From the human T2T-CHM13v2.0 reference genome, Homo sapiens, in assembly GCF_009914755.1 (NCBI RefSeq), contig NC_060926.1: 64,000 nucleotides of DNA; one strand, given 5' to 3'. Positions 15,011 through 30,899 of this stretch are shown one piece after another. Position numbers and translations under genes: made by a program. How positions within the stretch are numbered: position 1 is the stretch's first letter; each line of letters opens with the position of its first letter. The notes below the pieces were generated by a model. It worked only from the letters and a program-made list of their open reading frames with translations. It searched no databases and was not told the origin of the DNA.

Positions 15011-18000
15011 GCAATAATTTCTTTAATTAAGAAGGAAAGATGGGAGAATGGGTTATTTGAAAGGGCAGCATGTCGGAGCCTATCACCCCTCAACAAATCT
15101 CCACTAAAGGATCAACTCCCGAAAATTCTTCTCAGGGGTTCTGCTTCTCTGCAAAGATGAGGGACCATAAGATCTTCACCTTCCCAAACATAATGTGCAG
15201 AAAACCTCCCAGGGCCTTTGACATCCAGGCTCTCAATAATGTAAATAAATGCAGGTGGCAGGGTCTAACTACCCAGTAACCCATGAACCATTAATTGGAG
15301 CTATTTTCAGCTTCTAGGGAGCAATTCCAACTGCAAGATTCTCTGTAATAAAGGTCTGATGAATCAGCTGGTATGGGAGAGGGGGCATATTTGAGAATTC
15401 AGTAGGTAAAAATAGCATTAAAATAATTCAAGCCGAGAAGAAACATGACTGATGAAGCAGTATGTCAGGACATCTTCAGTCAGTCAATCAACAGGCTTAA
15501 CTGAGGTCCCAGCACTCCTGCCTAGAGGACAGATGTTAGTATTGAGAAGGGATATAAAAGGGACAAAAGAAACACATGGTCTCCTCCCTCCATGAACTAA
15601 TGATCCACAATAAACCTCAGTGGTCCAGGGTAGTTGGCAGGAAAGATGTTCTGGTCAATAAAATATGCTAGTTAGTTTGGCATTGCCACATAGATCATTC
15701 AAGGATTGTTAATTTCCTAGAATTAGAATAAAATAATATAGATGCCATATTTTTTAAAGAATCAAAAACTGAATAAAAACATCAAGAAACTTGTGATCTT
15801 CTCTGGTATCTGTATCACCAGGCTTCCTTTTCAGATGTTCTCCCTTAATCCCATTCAACACTTCCCTTACCATCTCTTACTGTTGAGCAACAGCATCATC
15901 TTCTCTCCATGTCCAAGCCTGCCAAACCTCCTGACAGGAGACACTCTGCAGGTACTGAAATCTTGATACAGACAATGTGTTTTTACATTTAATGACGTTC
16001 AGACTCTTGAACAAAAGATATGCATTTCCATGGTGAATTTTGGTCATTTGTTAATTAAATAGGGAAGGTTTTGGGGAGCAGGCAGTACTAAGTTTTTCTT
16101 CATATATCTCAACATTGTTCAAAAGGTTAAACCAAAAAATTATAATACTTTTAAAATGAGTAGGAAGATTAGATCAAATAAAATTATACAGATAATCAAA
16201 AAGAAATACTTGTCCATTTTAGTTTCAACTTCCTCAATACCTAACTGCAAATAATGGAGCCAGGCTGGGTAGAGATCATTCCCTATTTTTATAACTCCAA
16301 CGTCTAGCACAACACTTATAAACATTTGAGAAATATTTGTTAAGCTGAACCAAAGATGATAATTGTACAACTTATTCTACTTCTTATCTTTTGTTTTTAA
16401 TTTAATGGAAGCAGACTTCTTAATGAGAACTGAAGGGCTCAGAAGCAAAGCAACAGTAAAAAAAGAAAATAGAAATCAAGGAATCTAAATAATCCCCAAA
16501 TTGGGCAATCAGTCCCTGAGAAATAGAGAATTAACTATCATTCTTTTAACTATAATTACAGCCTTATTAAAACCAATAATCACTATTGAGCAAGAACATA
16601 CAGAATATTATTTGAACTTGCCTTTTCATGAAGTCTCAACACATTGATTCCATATAGAAGAAAATGTTATTGGTGTTGATGGTATTAAAAATAAGTAATA
16701 CTGAAATATTACAATCTTTTTTAGACGAAAATATATGCAAATTACGGTGGAGAAGGGCAGAAAAAAACTTCGAAATATGTAAAGTGCTCTCTACCTAAGA
16801 AAAGATTTAGATCAATTAACTTTTTCACTTTCAGCAAAAGATGGCAGATTGAACACATGCATTTAATTCTCTTCTTTCCCTTAAGCTCTATACAATTACA
16901 AAAAAGGACAATTTTAAGTTTGAGTACATTCAAAATAACAATGGGGAAGAAGAGAATACTTTTATAAATTGGAAGTCAGAAAATCAAGTAAGTTAGTTAT
17001 ATAGTTGACTAGGTCCTAAGTAAGCTGAATCTAAGTCAGTAGGAAAAGAACAAAACAAATCAATTTATACCACAAACTCCCAAAAGGCTCAGACAGTAGT
17101 AGTGCCACGTATCTTTGGATATAAGGGTGAAAGTGAGGATTAAAAATAGGATGCCTGGATGAAAAACTATTTCAGAGAAAATAAGGTGACACCCAAGATT
17201 TCTCTCCTTCACTCTATACAACTGGGTGATTGCCCTTCCCCAGCTCTGGTAGAGGACTAAAGTTTCATTCTCTTGAGAATGTAAAATAGAGGACTTCTGG
17301 ACCAGGAGACACTATGCTCGCTGAGGGAAAGGGTACTGTACTAAAATAAGGGAAATTAGGTGAATATATACATACCAATGTTAAGGCCCTCAGACGTTTT
17401 CCTCTGCTTGGTTGCCAGAATGCTCCCAGCCAGATACATATACAAACATAAACACAGACACAGAGGACATAGGAAGACCTTTCTTCAGAAATCTGACTAG
17501 TCCAAGAGAACAGACCTAATAAAACTGATAACTGGTATCAGAGGCTTCCCACGTTAAGATCTGGGAGCCCAGCCAGATCTCCCTATACTGAGAGGCCAGA
17601 GCAGACAAGCTCCATCTGTTCATAGTTTCCAGTCTTCTCTACATCCTCACACTTAAGTATAAGCAGACAGTCAAGAATTAACAGATATTTGATGAATGCT
17701 CTGTATGAAAGACAAGAGACTACAATAAACAAAAAAGCAGGTTGGGGGCTATGAGGAAGAAGAGGAAAACTTCAAAAAATGTTATAATTAACTGTTAGAG
17801 AGATAAAAGAATATGTTGCCTCCATAAAACAAGAAAGGTATTGTTCCATTTTTAAAAGGAGCAATCAAAAACAAAAAAATAGCTCTTAGAAATTAAAAGT
17901 ATAACAAAAATGAAAAATTCACAGACAGGATGGAAAGTAATTTTGAGGAAATGTTACAAAAGAGAGAAATACAACAGAGATGGAAAATAGGAAGAAAAAT

Positions 18001-18283
18001 AAATAAAAATTTGTATATCAATCCAGGATTTTTAGCTTTCAAATAATAAGAATTCTAGAAAGGAGAGAGAAACAGAGGAGAGAAAATCAAAAACATAATT
18101 CAAGAAAATCCCTCATGACTAAAAGACAGAATTTTCTAGACTGAAAGTATCCAGTAAAAGGGATAAAAATTATCACACATCCAGACATATATCATCATGA
18201 AGATTCTGGAAGACAAAGAGAAAATACTACAAGTCTTCAGAGAAGGGAAAAGAAACAATTTTCATACACAAGATCAAAAATCA

Positions 18284-18564
18284 GGCTGGGCACAGTGGCT
18301 CACACCTGTAATCCTAGCACTTTGGGAAGCTGAGGCAGGCAGATTGCCTGAGCTCAGGAGTTCGAGACCAGCCTGGGCAACATGGTGAAATCCCAGTCTC
18401 TACTAAAATACCAAAAATTAGCCAGGCATGGTAGCATGTGCCTTTATTTCCAGCTACTCAAGAGGCTGAAGCATGAGAATCACTTGAACCCAGGAGGTGA
18501 AGGTTGCAGTGATCTAAGATTCTGCCACTGCACTCCAGTCTCGAAAACAGAGCAAGACTCTGTC

Positions 18565-18607
<43 letters not shown>

Positions 18608-18617
18608 AAATAAAATA
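18284..18617 (+). mobile_element. AluS with (TAAA)n tail
   Basis: Dimeric Alu; tail expanded to a tetranucleotide repeat at 18565-18617. Confidence 0.95.
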
Positions 18618-18894
18618 ATTCAGTGTGGCAGTGACTTCTTAACATCATCTCCTAGATGTAAAAGATAATGAAGGAATGCCATTAAAATAACGATGGAAAA
18701 AAAATTTCCAACCTAAAATTCTATACCCAGCCAAATTATCGATTCAGTGTGAAGACAGAATAAAGATATTCAACATTTCAAAATTTTTCATTCTCGCATA
18801 CCTTTTCTCAGGAATGTACTGGAATATGAAATGAAATGAAAATGAAAGAGAAAAATAAGAATGGATGATAAACATAATCAAAGGAAAGCCAGAA

Positions 18895-19277
<383 letters not shown>

Positions 19278-20199
19278 TCAGGTCTAAAGATCAAGCAGTA
19301 CAGATCAGTGCAGACCCAAAATTCTAGGGGAGATTTTTTTCAAAAAAACAAAATTGGTAGATGGCCTAATATGTTTAAATGTATTGAGATAAGCTATGCA
19401 CAACTGAGGAGGGCTTTGGGTTGAATCAGCAATTCATACATAGAAAAATAAGCAAATATATAAGTTTAAAACATATTATTAACTTTGAGAAAAACAAAAT
19501 CTTATAAAGGGAGCAAAATTGATAATAGTATACTACCTGGCTCACTGAATTTACATTAACATAGGTTTAAGATTGTAAATACAGCAAGAGGAGAGAAGTT
19601 TCTACGTATCTTATATGTAGAAACAGTCATTACTTCCAGCATATGTGGTAGGTTAAATCCTTGTCTTACATAAAAGAAAGTTAGTAGCTAATGTCGAAAA
19701 CTAAAAACTCAAGAAGTCGTAGTACCAGCATTTTATTTAGAAACATGGAGGTGAAAAACAGTTGCCTCCTGGGAATGCAAAATATCAGGCTGTAAGATGA
19801 CCGGTCAGCTGTTTCTCATTACAAGCTGTGTAACACTCTGACTCTTCAAATATGTATATGTATTACTTTGATAAAATTTTAAACTTCACAAAAAAAGAAT
19901 TTCCCGACTCTGAAAACTGTGCAAATTTAGAATGTTGTCACGTAATAAAAATAACTGACAATTAGTTAGAATGAACCACAAATTCTTCTGGTTTACATGC
20001 ATTCACTTATTTAATGCAAAGCAACCCTATGAAGTCGATACTTTTATCTCTTACCATTTTTAATCTTTTCCTCAGGAATTGAGGCTTAGAGAAACTAACT
20101 GGCAATGTTCACTTAGTGAATAATAAAGCCAGGATTTCATGGAGTAGGGAACCCCAGAAACTACTCTTTCGAGTATTGTGTCTGGAGAATTTTAAGAAA

Positions 20200-20560
20200 A
20201 TCTTTTCCCTTCCATAGGGTGATGCCCATGAGACTCCTCCCATCTGGAACACTCTCCTCCATTCCACCTCATCAAATTAACTTTCATTCATCCTTCCATC
20301 AAGTCTTTCCTAACCTACAAGTCTAGGTTTGTCTTCTTCATTGCATGTGCTTACAAAACTTGGTGCCCTCCTTCAGAGCATTTCATTATTACCATAGTCA
20401 TATACTTCATATCTGTGATTAGTTATTTAGCATATGTTATCTCCCCAACTAGAATTAGTGTTCCATGAGGACAGGAATCACATCTGATTTCACTCAACAC
20501 TATTGCCCTAACACCTACAAGAATAGATAAATGAATGAATAAACAAATTCATGAACAGAC
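20200..20560 (+). mobile_element. L2 3' end relic
   Basis: ttccatgaggacagg..aatgaatgaataaa tail. Confidence 0.55.
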
Positions 20561-21409
20561 AATCTAAGTTCCTGATACATGGTTTAATATATTCTCTCAG
20601 GGCAACCAGACTACCCTTTGTGGTTCTTGTCATTCCTAAGAATCTAAGCTTCCAGCTTCCCCAGGGACACCAGATGAATCAAATCTTGGTAATGCCAGCC
20701 AACACACTCTTTCAAAGAGAAAGATTCCCCTGCCTGCACAAATGACAAAAATAGTTTATTTGATTGTTTCTTTGTTTTGTTTTGTTTTTTTTTTTTTGAC
20801 AAGAATGAGACTTTAATCAGTTTTAAGTAGAGTTTATAACACTAAGAGATAAAGGGTTATTAACAAACACAATAACAAGTGGACCTCTGATTGGGATGAG
20901 GCATTATCCTGTACACATCATATTGGTATTTTTGTGTACCCTCAGTGCTAGAAATTTTGTTTTGTTTTCTAAGGAGGATGGGTTGTTAAGGTTTATCAAG
21001 AGTAGTGAAAAAGGTATTTGTATTCCCTGAGCCAGGATTTCCTTTCACCTTCCCATCATTCTATATCTCTGCCTCTGAGAAAAGGGAGATACTAACTACT
21101 GAAAGAATACTAGGGGACAGAAGTCGGCATTCTGAACTCAAGTCCTCTCTCAGAAGGTGGGAAATGATGAAGAACTGAATCACTTCTCAGCTGGATGCTT
21201 TATCATGTGCAGTTGACCCTTGAACAACACAGGTTTGAACTGCACAGGACCACTTAGACACAGATTTGTTCAATAAATATTGAAAAATTTTTGGAGATTT
21301 ACCACCATTTGAGAAAACTTGCAGATGAATCTTGTAGCCTAGAAATATTTAAAATTTTTGAGAAAAAGTTAGGTAAGTCATAAATTCATAAAATATATGT
21401 AGATATTAG

Positions 21410-21927
<518 letters not shown>

Positions 21928-22976
21928 TTCTCTTGCTATTGCAATGAAGTAGTACCACTAGTAATGCTGGAAGTGCTCCCAAGAAGAAAAGTCATGACAT
22001 TACGAGAAAAAGTTAAATTGCTTGATATGTACCATAGATTGAGGTCTGTAGCTGTGGATGCTCACAAATTGGAGATAAATGAAGCCAGTATAATGACCGA
22101 TGTAAAAAACAAAAAGGAAATTTGTGACACCTTCACTGCAGCTATACCAGCATGCACGAAAACCTCGTACTTTTTGCAACATACATTTTTATCTCGTATT
22201 AAAAATTCAGCTTTTATATAGTTGCAGGATTGCTATAAGAAAGGCACGCCTATGGACTCTAATATGATTTGAGAAGAAAATGAAGTCATTATATTACAAC
22301 TTAAAGCAAAAGGAAGATGAAGGATCTAAAGTTGGAGAATTTAACACCAGCAAAGGATGGTTTGATAATTTTTGAAAGAGGTTTGGCTTTAAAAATGTCA
22401 AGATAACAGGAGAAGCAGCTTCTGCTGAACAAGAGTCAGCAGACAAGTTCCCAGATGCCATTAAGAAAATCATTGAGGAGAAAGGATATTTGCCTGATCA
22501 GGTTTTTAATGCAGACAAAAGTGTTCTACTCTGGAAAAAAGAGAGAGAGAGAGAAGCAAACACCAGGATTAAAGGCAGGAAGAGATTGGCTAACTCTACT
22601 GTTATGTGCAAATGCAGTTGAGTTTAAAACAGGACTGCCCTTATCTATAAAGCTGCTAACCCCTGAGACTTGAAAGGAAAAGATAAACACCAGCTTCTAG
22701 CCTTTTGGTTGTACAAAAAGAAGGGCTATACAGTGAGAACATTTTCTCTGGATAGGTTCCATCAATTCTTTGTTCCTGAAGTCAGGAAGTACCTTGCCAG
22801 TAAGGGACTGTTTTTTAACGTTCTTTTGATATTGGACAATGCCCCCAGCTACCCAGAACCCCATGAGTTTAACACTGAAAAAATGTGGTATACTTGCCCC
22901 CAAACACATCTCTAATTCAGGTCGGGGGCTCTTAACGACTTTAAGGCTCATTACACACAGTACTGCATGAAAATGA

Positions 22977-24204
22977 TTCTTTTTTTTTTCTTTAAAAAAA
23001 TTTTTTTTTACTATACTTCAAGTTCTGGGATACATGTGCAGAACGTGCAGGTTTGTTACATAGGTATACATGTGCTATGGTGGTCTGCTGCACCCATCAA
23101 CCCATCATCTACATTAGGTATTTCTCCTAATGCTATCCCTCCCCTTGCCCCTGACCCAATGACAGGCCCCAGTGTGTGATGTTCCCCTCCCTGTGCCCAT
23201 ATATTCTCATTGTTCAACTCCCACTTATGAGTGAGAACATGCGGTGTTTGGTTTTTTGTTCCTGTGTTAGTTTGCTGAGAATGATGGTTTCCAGCTTCAT
23301 CCATGTCCCTGCAAAGGACATGAACTCATTCTTTTTTATGGCTGCATAGTATTCCATGGTGTATATGTGCCACATTTTCTTTATCCAGTCAATCATTAAT
23401 GGGTATTTGGCTTGGTTCAAAGTCTTTGCTATTGTGAATAGTGCTTCAGTAAACATACGTGTGCTTGTGTCTTTATAGTAGAATGATTTATAATCCTTTG
23501 GGTATATACCCAGTAATGGGATTGCTGGGTCAAATGGTATTTCTGGTTCTAGATCCTTAAGGAATTGCCACACTGTCTTCCACAATGGTTGAAGTAATTA
23601 CACTCCCACCAACAGTGTAAAAGCATTCCTATTTCTCCACATCCTCTCCAGCATCTGTTGTTTCCTGACTTTTTAATGATTGCCATTCTAACTGGTGTGA
23701 GATGGTATCTCATTGTGGTTTTGATTTGCATTTCTCTGATGACCAGTGATGATGACCATTTTTTCATGTGTCTGTTGGCTGCATAGATGTTCGTGTCTGT
23801 TCATATCCTTTGCCCACTTTTTGATGGGGTTGTTTGTTTTTTCTTGTAAATTTGTTTAAGTTCCTTGTAGATTCTGGATAGTAGCCGTTTGTCAGATGGA
23901 TAGATTGAGAAACTTTTCTCCCATTCTGTAGGTTGCCTGTTCACTCTGATGATAGTTTCTTTTGCTGTGCAGAAGCTTGTTAATTTAATTAGATCCCATT
24001 TGTCAGTTTTGGCTTTTGTTGCAATTGCTTTTGGTGTTTTAGTCATGAAGTCTTTGCCCATGCCTATGTACTGAATGATATTGCCTAGGTTTTCTTCTAG
24101 GGTTTTTATGGTTTTAGGTCTTACATTTAAATCTTTAATCCATCTTGAGCTAATTTTTGTATAAGGTGTAAGGAAGAGGTCCAGTTTCAGTTTTCTGCAT
24201 ATGG
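22977..24204 (-). mobile_element. L1PA (about PA7/PA8), 5'-truncated: ORF2 C-terminus plus 3' UTR, nested in Tigger2
   Basis: ORF2 peptides DPAIPLLGIYP, WIKKMWHIYTMEYY, KHRMFSLISGS; L1PA 3' UTR and T-rich tail. Confidence 0.95.
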
Positions 24205-25599
24205 AAGAGAAACCTGAAAGAGAGAACACCATAAAAATCTGGAAGGATTCCAGGACTTTTGATGCCATTGTTGTTATAGAAAAAAAAAAGTTAAATCCTT
24301 CAAGCCCAAGCCATAACTTTCTGCTGGACAAAACTATATACATATGTTGTTCATTACTTCGTAGGCTTTCTGACAGTGCCTATGAAGAAAATCACAAAAG
24401 AGACTGTGGAAATGGCAAAAAAAAAAAAGTGGGGTATAAAAGGTTTGAAGATACGGATGTTGGAGAAATTCAAAAGCAAATAGACACTACACAAGAGAAA
24501 TTAACAGAACAGGACTTGATGGAGATGAGCATTTCTGAATCAGTGCCAGACAACGAGGAAAAAGACATAAAAGCAGTGCCAGAAAAGAAGATGACATCAG
24601 ACAACCTGACAGAAGGGTTCTGATTATTCAAGACTGATTTTAACTTCTTGTACAACATGGACCTTTCTATGATACAGGCACCAAAACTAAAGCAAAGGAT
24701 TGAAGAAGGATTAGTACCTTATAGAAACATTTTTAGAGAAATGAAAAAGCAAAAAGTCAGAAAAATTATGATGTATTTCCATAAAGTTACACAGAGTGTG
24801 GCTGCCTCTCCTGCCTCCCCTTCTATCTCCTCCACTTGTTTTGCCTCTGCCACTCCTGAAACAGCAAGACCAATGCTCCTCTTTGTCGTCCTCCTCAGCC
24901 TACTCAATGTGAAGATGACAAAAATGAAGACCTTTATTATGATCCACTTCCAGTTAATGAATAGTAAATATATTATCTTTCTTATAATTTTCTGAATAAT
25001 ATTTTCATTTATCTAGCACACTTTATTGTAAGAATACAGCACATAATACATATAAAATACAAAATAGATAACATAATCAACTATATGTCATTGTTAAGGT
25101 CAACAGTGCTTATTAGTAGTTAAGTTTTAGGGGAGACATCAAAAGTTATACACAGATTTTAGACTGTGCAGGGGGTCAATGCCCCTAATACCTGCATTGT
25201 TCCAGGGTCAACTGTATACAGAAATCATCATTACTTCTGACTACCCAATTTCTTGTGGCAAAAGAAAGAAACTCTTCCAAACTGGTTACCTAATGATAAA
25301 CCAAGGAACAGAAATGATTGATTAGCTAGAATTTTACTTTTTAAGCAATAGCAGTAATAGCATCCTATCTCTCCATACTTAAACATTTTCTTTCTCCTGA
25401 GGGCCTTCTCTGATCATCCTTGTAAGACAAAATTTATTCACATCTGTCTTTAGGTGACGGAATTTACACATATGAAGAAAGGCTAGGGTATCCAGACATG
25501 GGCAATGCTGCTCTTATTTGACTAATTAGAAAGACCCCTTCTAACCACCATGTCATTTAGTTGCAGACAAGTGGTTTTCCTTGGATTAATACAAATTAG

Positions 25600-26480
25600 T
25601 TTGTCTCTTTATTTCTTAACCAGCTGGATATACATTTTTCCATCTAACAGAAACACTCTATTCCATACAATTTAATAAGCACTAAAAGATTCAATGACAT
25701 CTCACTCATCAGTGTTTTCAAAGAGTCTGCATATGGATGTGGATGTTTTGTCTTCTGTCATGTCATCATTAATGAAACTCAAAGACAGGCCTTTGGATGA
25801 TGCTTCTTTATTTCTTTAGGTCTGCTTTACAGAGTACCTAGACTGATAGGGAAAAGATTCATCAAAGGCGCCATGATTTCACATTTCTTTGCCCTGCTTG
25901 TGTCCTTTCCCGTCCGTTATCCTCCCAGACATCTAAGGCCCTGTGTGTCTAGCTGTACTACTCTCCTCATTATCTGCTATTCCACTCTCGTCCATTGCCA
26001 GCTCAGGCTGCCCTTTGTTCTTTGGTTCTTTGTCTTTCATTCTCAGAGCCAAATATCAATACTGCTCACAATGTTCCAAATGTTCAGAATCAAAAGTCAC
26101 ATTACCAATTCTTTCTGAATATGCTGTCCATTTTTAAATTTTCTTTATTTATACTGACTCTTTTCACATGTAAGAAACATACACACATTTGCTTTCAGAG
26201 GCAGGTACACTTTGATCCTCCAAGAGACTGAAAAAAAAAAATGCCTGTGGGTGCTGTAGGTTCATATTTTATGGCACATACAGACTTGACTTTCACTTCA
26301 TTGCATCCTCATTTTAATCATTCATATTTAATGTTACATATACTTGACTCTTTGACTTTTTTAATCTCATATGCTGAGTGGTGCACAAATTAGTACCATA
26401 TTCCACTATCCAGCCAACTTTTTATTATTTATCGGCATTGACTGAGCTATCATTGTCATCTATTCATTAGTTTGTGAAAG
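25600..26480 (-). mobile_element. Possible decayed hAT-Charlie transposase 5' fragment
   Basis: Purine-rich minus strand with aaaaatggac start and faint resemblance to Charlie N-terminal coding sequence; weak. Confidence 0.25.
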
Positions 26481-29239
26481 ATTTAAGCCTCTTCTCATGT
26501 ATAATCTAGCTGTTATTTATCATATTCTGTCAGTAACTCCTCTTTCTCGTGGTGTCTGCTTGCAGCAATAGATCATCTTCTGGTCTGAACTTCTCATGAA
26601 TATAAGAACTTCTACTCTTTATCTACCAAGGTTAACCTCAACGGGACTCACTGCTTGGCTAGCTCAAACTCTGTCATCCTACTAACTAAGCAATGACATC
26701 TCATCACTAAACAGTCGTGATAACTGTCTAGTTCCTATAATTTCCACTGAAGAGAGCTACCAGGTGCCTTTCCAGAAACATTCTAGGAGAGCAGAACCAG
26801 CCCTTTAAGGAAACGAGATTTTATCTCATTTGGAAAAATCCTCAGCCCGTTAAAGTTTTTGGCAGGACAGGTGCTACCTAGCAACCCAACCCCATTTCAT
26901 GTGTTTCAAGGTTTCAGATAGAGAAGACCTGAAATAGTGGTTACATTGTGTGCCTTTCAGTGCTTCATTTTAAATCTCCTGGAAAGTCTGTCCTCTGGAC
27001 TGAGAACTTCCACACAGCAATAAGCATCATTCACCCTGACTTCTTGATAGCATCAGATACAAAACAAATCTGGCTTGTGAATGGCAGGCTCAGCCCAGGA
27101 CTGAACAGGAGCTACATAAAATCAGAGTATGCTCCATAGATACCAGCAATCAGTATGATGTTCTTGGATGAAGAGCGTAATACATTTCCAACAAGTGGCT
27201 TATTCCTATGCCATTTTATTATCTCTTGGCATATTTCCATATGAGTACCAAATTAGGCCTGGAGGAAGGAGATAAAGCAGAGCCAATGGATAAAGTAACC
27301 TCAGATTTAAAATGTCCACTTATTCTTTAGTTTGAATCATGGCACACACAAAGAAGTTCCTATATTTGGCAAAAGAAGAAAATGTGAAAATAAGCAGCGG
27401 GGGGAGCAAATATTCATTTTAAGAAACAGCTAAGGCTCTGACTAGAACATAGATAGAATCCAGTCTAATTCTTTCCATAGAGCCAGCCAGTGTTCAACAA
27501 ACATTTGTTGCAATGGAGCCTTTTTTGAAAGCTGTATCATTGTAGCCACGGTTCACTTCAATGATAAGGAAAATAAGGCTCACAAGTGGATCCGCAGGGC
27601 AAGCTCATTGAGGAAGGAAACAAGCTTTGTATCCCCTCAGTGCTATGTAAAAGGCAGATGATCAACAAATAGGTATTGAACAAATAGACAAGTGAACAAA
27701 TGAATACCCGAATCCTTCAGTGACCTCAATCTTCCAGCACTGCCTGCACGAGACGATCATGCTTAAAATGAAATGCTTCATTCCGATAATATTATAAAGT
27801 TTGAAAATTTCTATCATAAACTTAGATTTTATGCCTTAAGCTGAGAATGTTTTTTACTTGGATAATAGCACCTTCCCTGGCTTTTTCCTCCCTTACATAG
27901 ACATTTTGGCCCGTATTTACCCTCTATGATGTAGCAGACACAGGTGTTGCTACAAATTTTGTGTTGTACTGCACTGCAGGACTTACAGCATGTTCTATCA
28001 TGGAACCACGTTTTGGCCTTAATAAAACACAGCACCACACAGCATGACATTCACTATAATCTAATTAAATACAATGCCAAGGGAAATATGTCACTGTAAT
28101 GGTGAAACACACGTGCTATTTCCTTCTCTTCTCCATGAAAGGGGCAGCTAAGTCATAATTTAGGAAGAAGGTATTTAACACAGTGAGGTTCTGCAGCTTG
28201 CCAGCAAAACAAAAGGAAAAAAAATGAGGATGTAAGGGAGAGGACATAGAGAAATATGAGGAGGAAGGGGAAGACACAATAGTGAATCAGTAGTATTTCA
28301 ACTATTTTTTCCTACTTAAACCAAAATCTCAGAGAATTTCTGAACTTAAAGATTTGAGAGAAGAAGTGTCTCTCAGCAATGAGTAAAAGGCAAAAGACCA
28401 AAAAAAAAAAAAAAAAAAAAAAAGAGTTGTTCTTACCCACATTACTGGCCTACTTCTAAAAGAATTGGTTTAAATAGTCCCCCACAAAAGAGTGAAAATT
28501 TGTTTTGTTTCCATCTTAACAAAGAGTTAATGCAAGAACCATCACCAAGAGTCAGGATATCTGGGTTCTGGTCCTGGCTGCATTTTTAATGGATTGAAAC
28601 CTAGGACATGTCAATTCGCATTTGAGGCCCTCAGTTATCTTATTTAAAAGACAAGACATTGGGTTTAATTATCAATGCTAAGATTCCACCATTGATTTTA
28701 CATAAGAATACCTACCATTTGCATTTCTGTCTTACCTACTCAATCTGAAATTTCTGTTAGGGTCAGTAAAAGATATATCTTGCAATGCATGTATACATAA
28801 GTGTAGGATAATAAACATAACACACAACAAGCACAAGTCCCCAATTTCCTCTCACCCTGCAGCCTAGAATACTTGGACAGATGAAGGAATACAGTACTTG
28901 CAAAGTTGATTTATTGATGGTCAAAGAGCAAGCTAGTGCCCTCCTTCTGGCAAACATCTCCAGTCTCTCTAAGGGGGTCTTGAAGTCCGTTTCTCAGCTT
29001 GTGGGGTAAAAAAACACATAAAAAGAGAAGGGCATCTTACTTCCATGGACCACCTTTAAAGAATCCTTCTCTCTGTCAGATACTAGAGGCAAGCTCAGGT
29101 CTAGTTCAGCCACCTTTTAACATGCCATGTGAGGGTGTGTATAACATCTGTTTTTAAAATGGGGGCAATGGTCACCTACTGTCCTCAGCTTTGGGCTTCA
29201 GTTAAAATCCCAGAACAATAGGAAAAATCTCATTTAAAA

Positions 29240-30045
29240 TCTGGTTAGAAACATCTAACATTTTAAACAGCCCAAAAATAGTTCTTTTTTTTTTAACCAG
29301 ATCCTCTCTTATAAAAAAAAAAAAAGAAAAGAAAACCTAGTCTTTCTTCCAATCTTTCTCAACTCATTATGATGACACTATCTGACCTACCAGCTGCTCA
29401 AACCAGAAGTCTAAAGCAAGCCTCAGTTTTTCTTCTTCCCTACTTCCAACCCAGCAGCAAGTCATGTTGGCTCCATGTCCTCCATTCCCAACCTAGATCC
29501 AAGCCACCGTCATCACTGAGATTCCTGCAAGAGCCCAACTGGTCCCTCAGTTTTCACTCTTGCCCCACTACAGTCCATCTACCACCCAGTGGCCAGAATG
29601 ATGATCTAAACATGTAAAGTACATTATGTCACACTCTGGTTAAAGCATCCCAATGGCTTTCTAAACTACTCAAAATAAAATCCAAGAAGGGCTCCACATT
29701 ACCAGGCCCACTGGTTGCACTATGCCATCTATTCACTGCCTTCCAATCAAACATTCATTTCCACCTCTGGGTCTTTGTATGCACTCTTCCCTCTCCTGGG
29801 AACACTCTACATTTAGATCTTTGACATTTAGGTCACGATTGAAATGCCCCCTCCTCCATGAGGCCCTCCCTCAACATCCATCCCACCCATGGGATCCCAA
29901 CTATTCACTATCCCATGAATAGTTTTGTTCATAATCTGAAATGCTCTCATGCATTTATTTGCTTGAGCAAGGGTACCACTATACGCCTAAAGAGCAGGAC
30001 CTGGCCATCGTTCTCACTCAATGGATTTTTTCTGAATGAATGAAT
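29240..30045 (+). mobile_element. L2 relic with 3' tail
   Basis: gctcaaaccagaa, cattatgtcacactctggttaaa, tgaatgaatgaa tail. Confidence 0.7.
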
Positions 30046-30424
30046 TTTGTCTTTGGACTTAATGTGTGAAGCAGTTCTTCAATGAACCTATCTGTGGGTA
30101 TGGTTAACAGGAATGAATCTTCAGAGAAAGTACCAAACTAATAAAAAGACTGTTGGCATCCTTTCTTGAGTTACTGTTTAAAATCAAAATTTTTACACAA
30201 CATTTCAAGTGTTTAATTCCAAAAGGGCTTATTTCTGAATCAATTCAAAGGTACTGGGGTGGGGGGGGAGGGGGTTGAGATAATGACACATAAACCTTGA
30301 CTTCATTCTTAAGATTTTATTAAATAAATGTGCCACCTAAACTAGAAGAGGGGAGCATTTTTCCAATTGCAAATCAGCAGAAACCTACAAAACTCCATTA
30401 AAAGTAAATAAAATATCTAAGCAG

Positions 30425-30522
30425 TTTTTTATCTAAAACAGGACACTTTTGAGGGTGAAGAGGAGTGCTATTAATAAATATACAGTACTGAGACAACAGC
30501 ATATACTCATGTTGTCACCCTA
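30425..30522. mobile_element. MER94-like hAT MITE fragment
   Basis: ggacacttttgagggtgaagaggagtgctattaataa..gtcacccta. Confidence 0.55.
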
Positions 30523-30899
30523 GTTAAGGGCCATATAGGTAATTTCAAAAATGAGATTCAGTCATTTATTTGGGCTAATTTTTTGTTTATTTTTTTATGA
30601 AGAGTGTGTTGGATTGTAGATTGTTTTGAAGAGAAACTAGAAGGAATGAAAGGAGAGTGTACTATGAAAGAAATAAATAGAAAACAATTATTTTAAAAAA
30701 TAGAGTACAATAAACACTACTAAACAATTAAAACAAACATTTTAGGCATACATTTTGGTGAAAGACAGGAGCATGAGAAAAAAAGAAGGGTGACTAGACA
30801 AGGGAAAGACAAATAAACAAAGAGAATGGCAGATGAAAGAGAGTCACAGAGAAGCAGAGGAGCTGAAAAGAAGGGCAGTGTCATTAATAGACCCAAGAA

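Noticed and set aside
23056-24343. L1 ORF2 peptides as a CDS
   Set aside because: 5'-truncated, frameshifted L1 fragment.
21964-24995. Transposase ORFs as a domesticated TIGD-like gene
   Set aside because: Fragmented by stops, frameshifts and an L1 insertion.
30256-30275. G-runs here and at 41592-41609 as G-quadruplexes
   Set aside because: Short, isolated and common; no supporting context.
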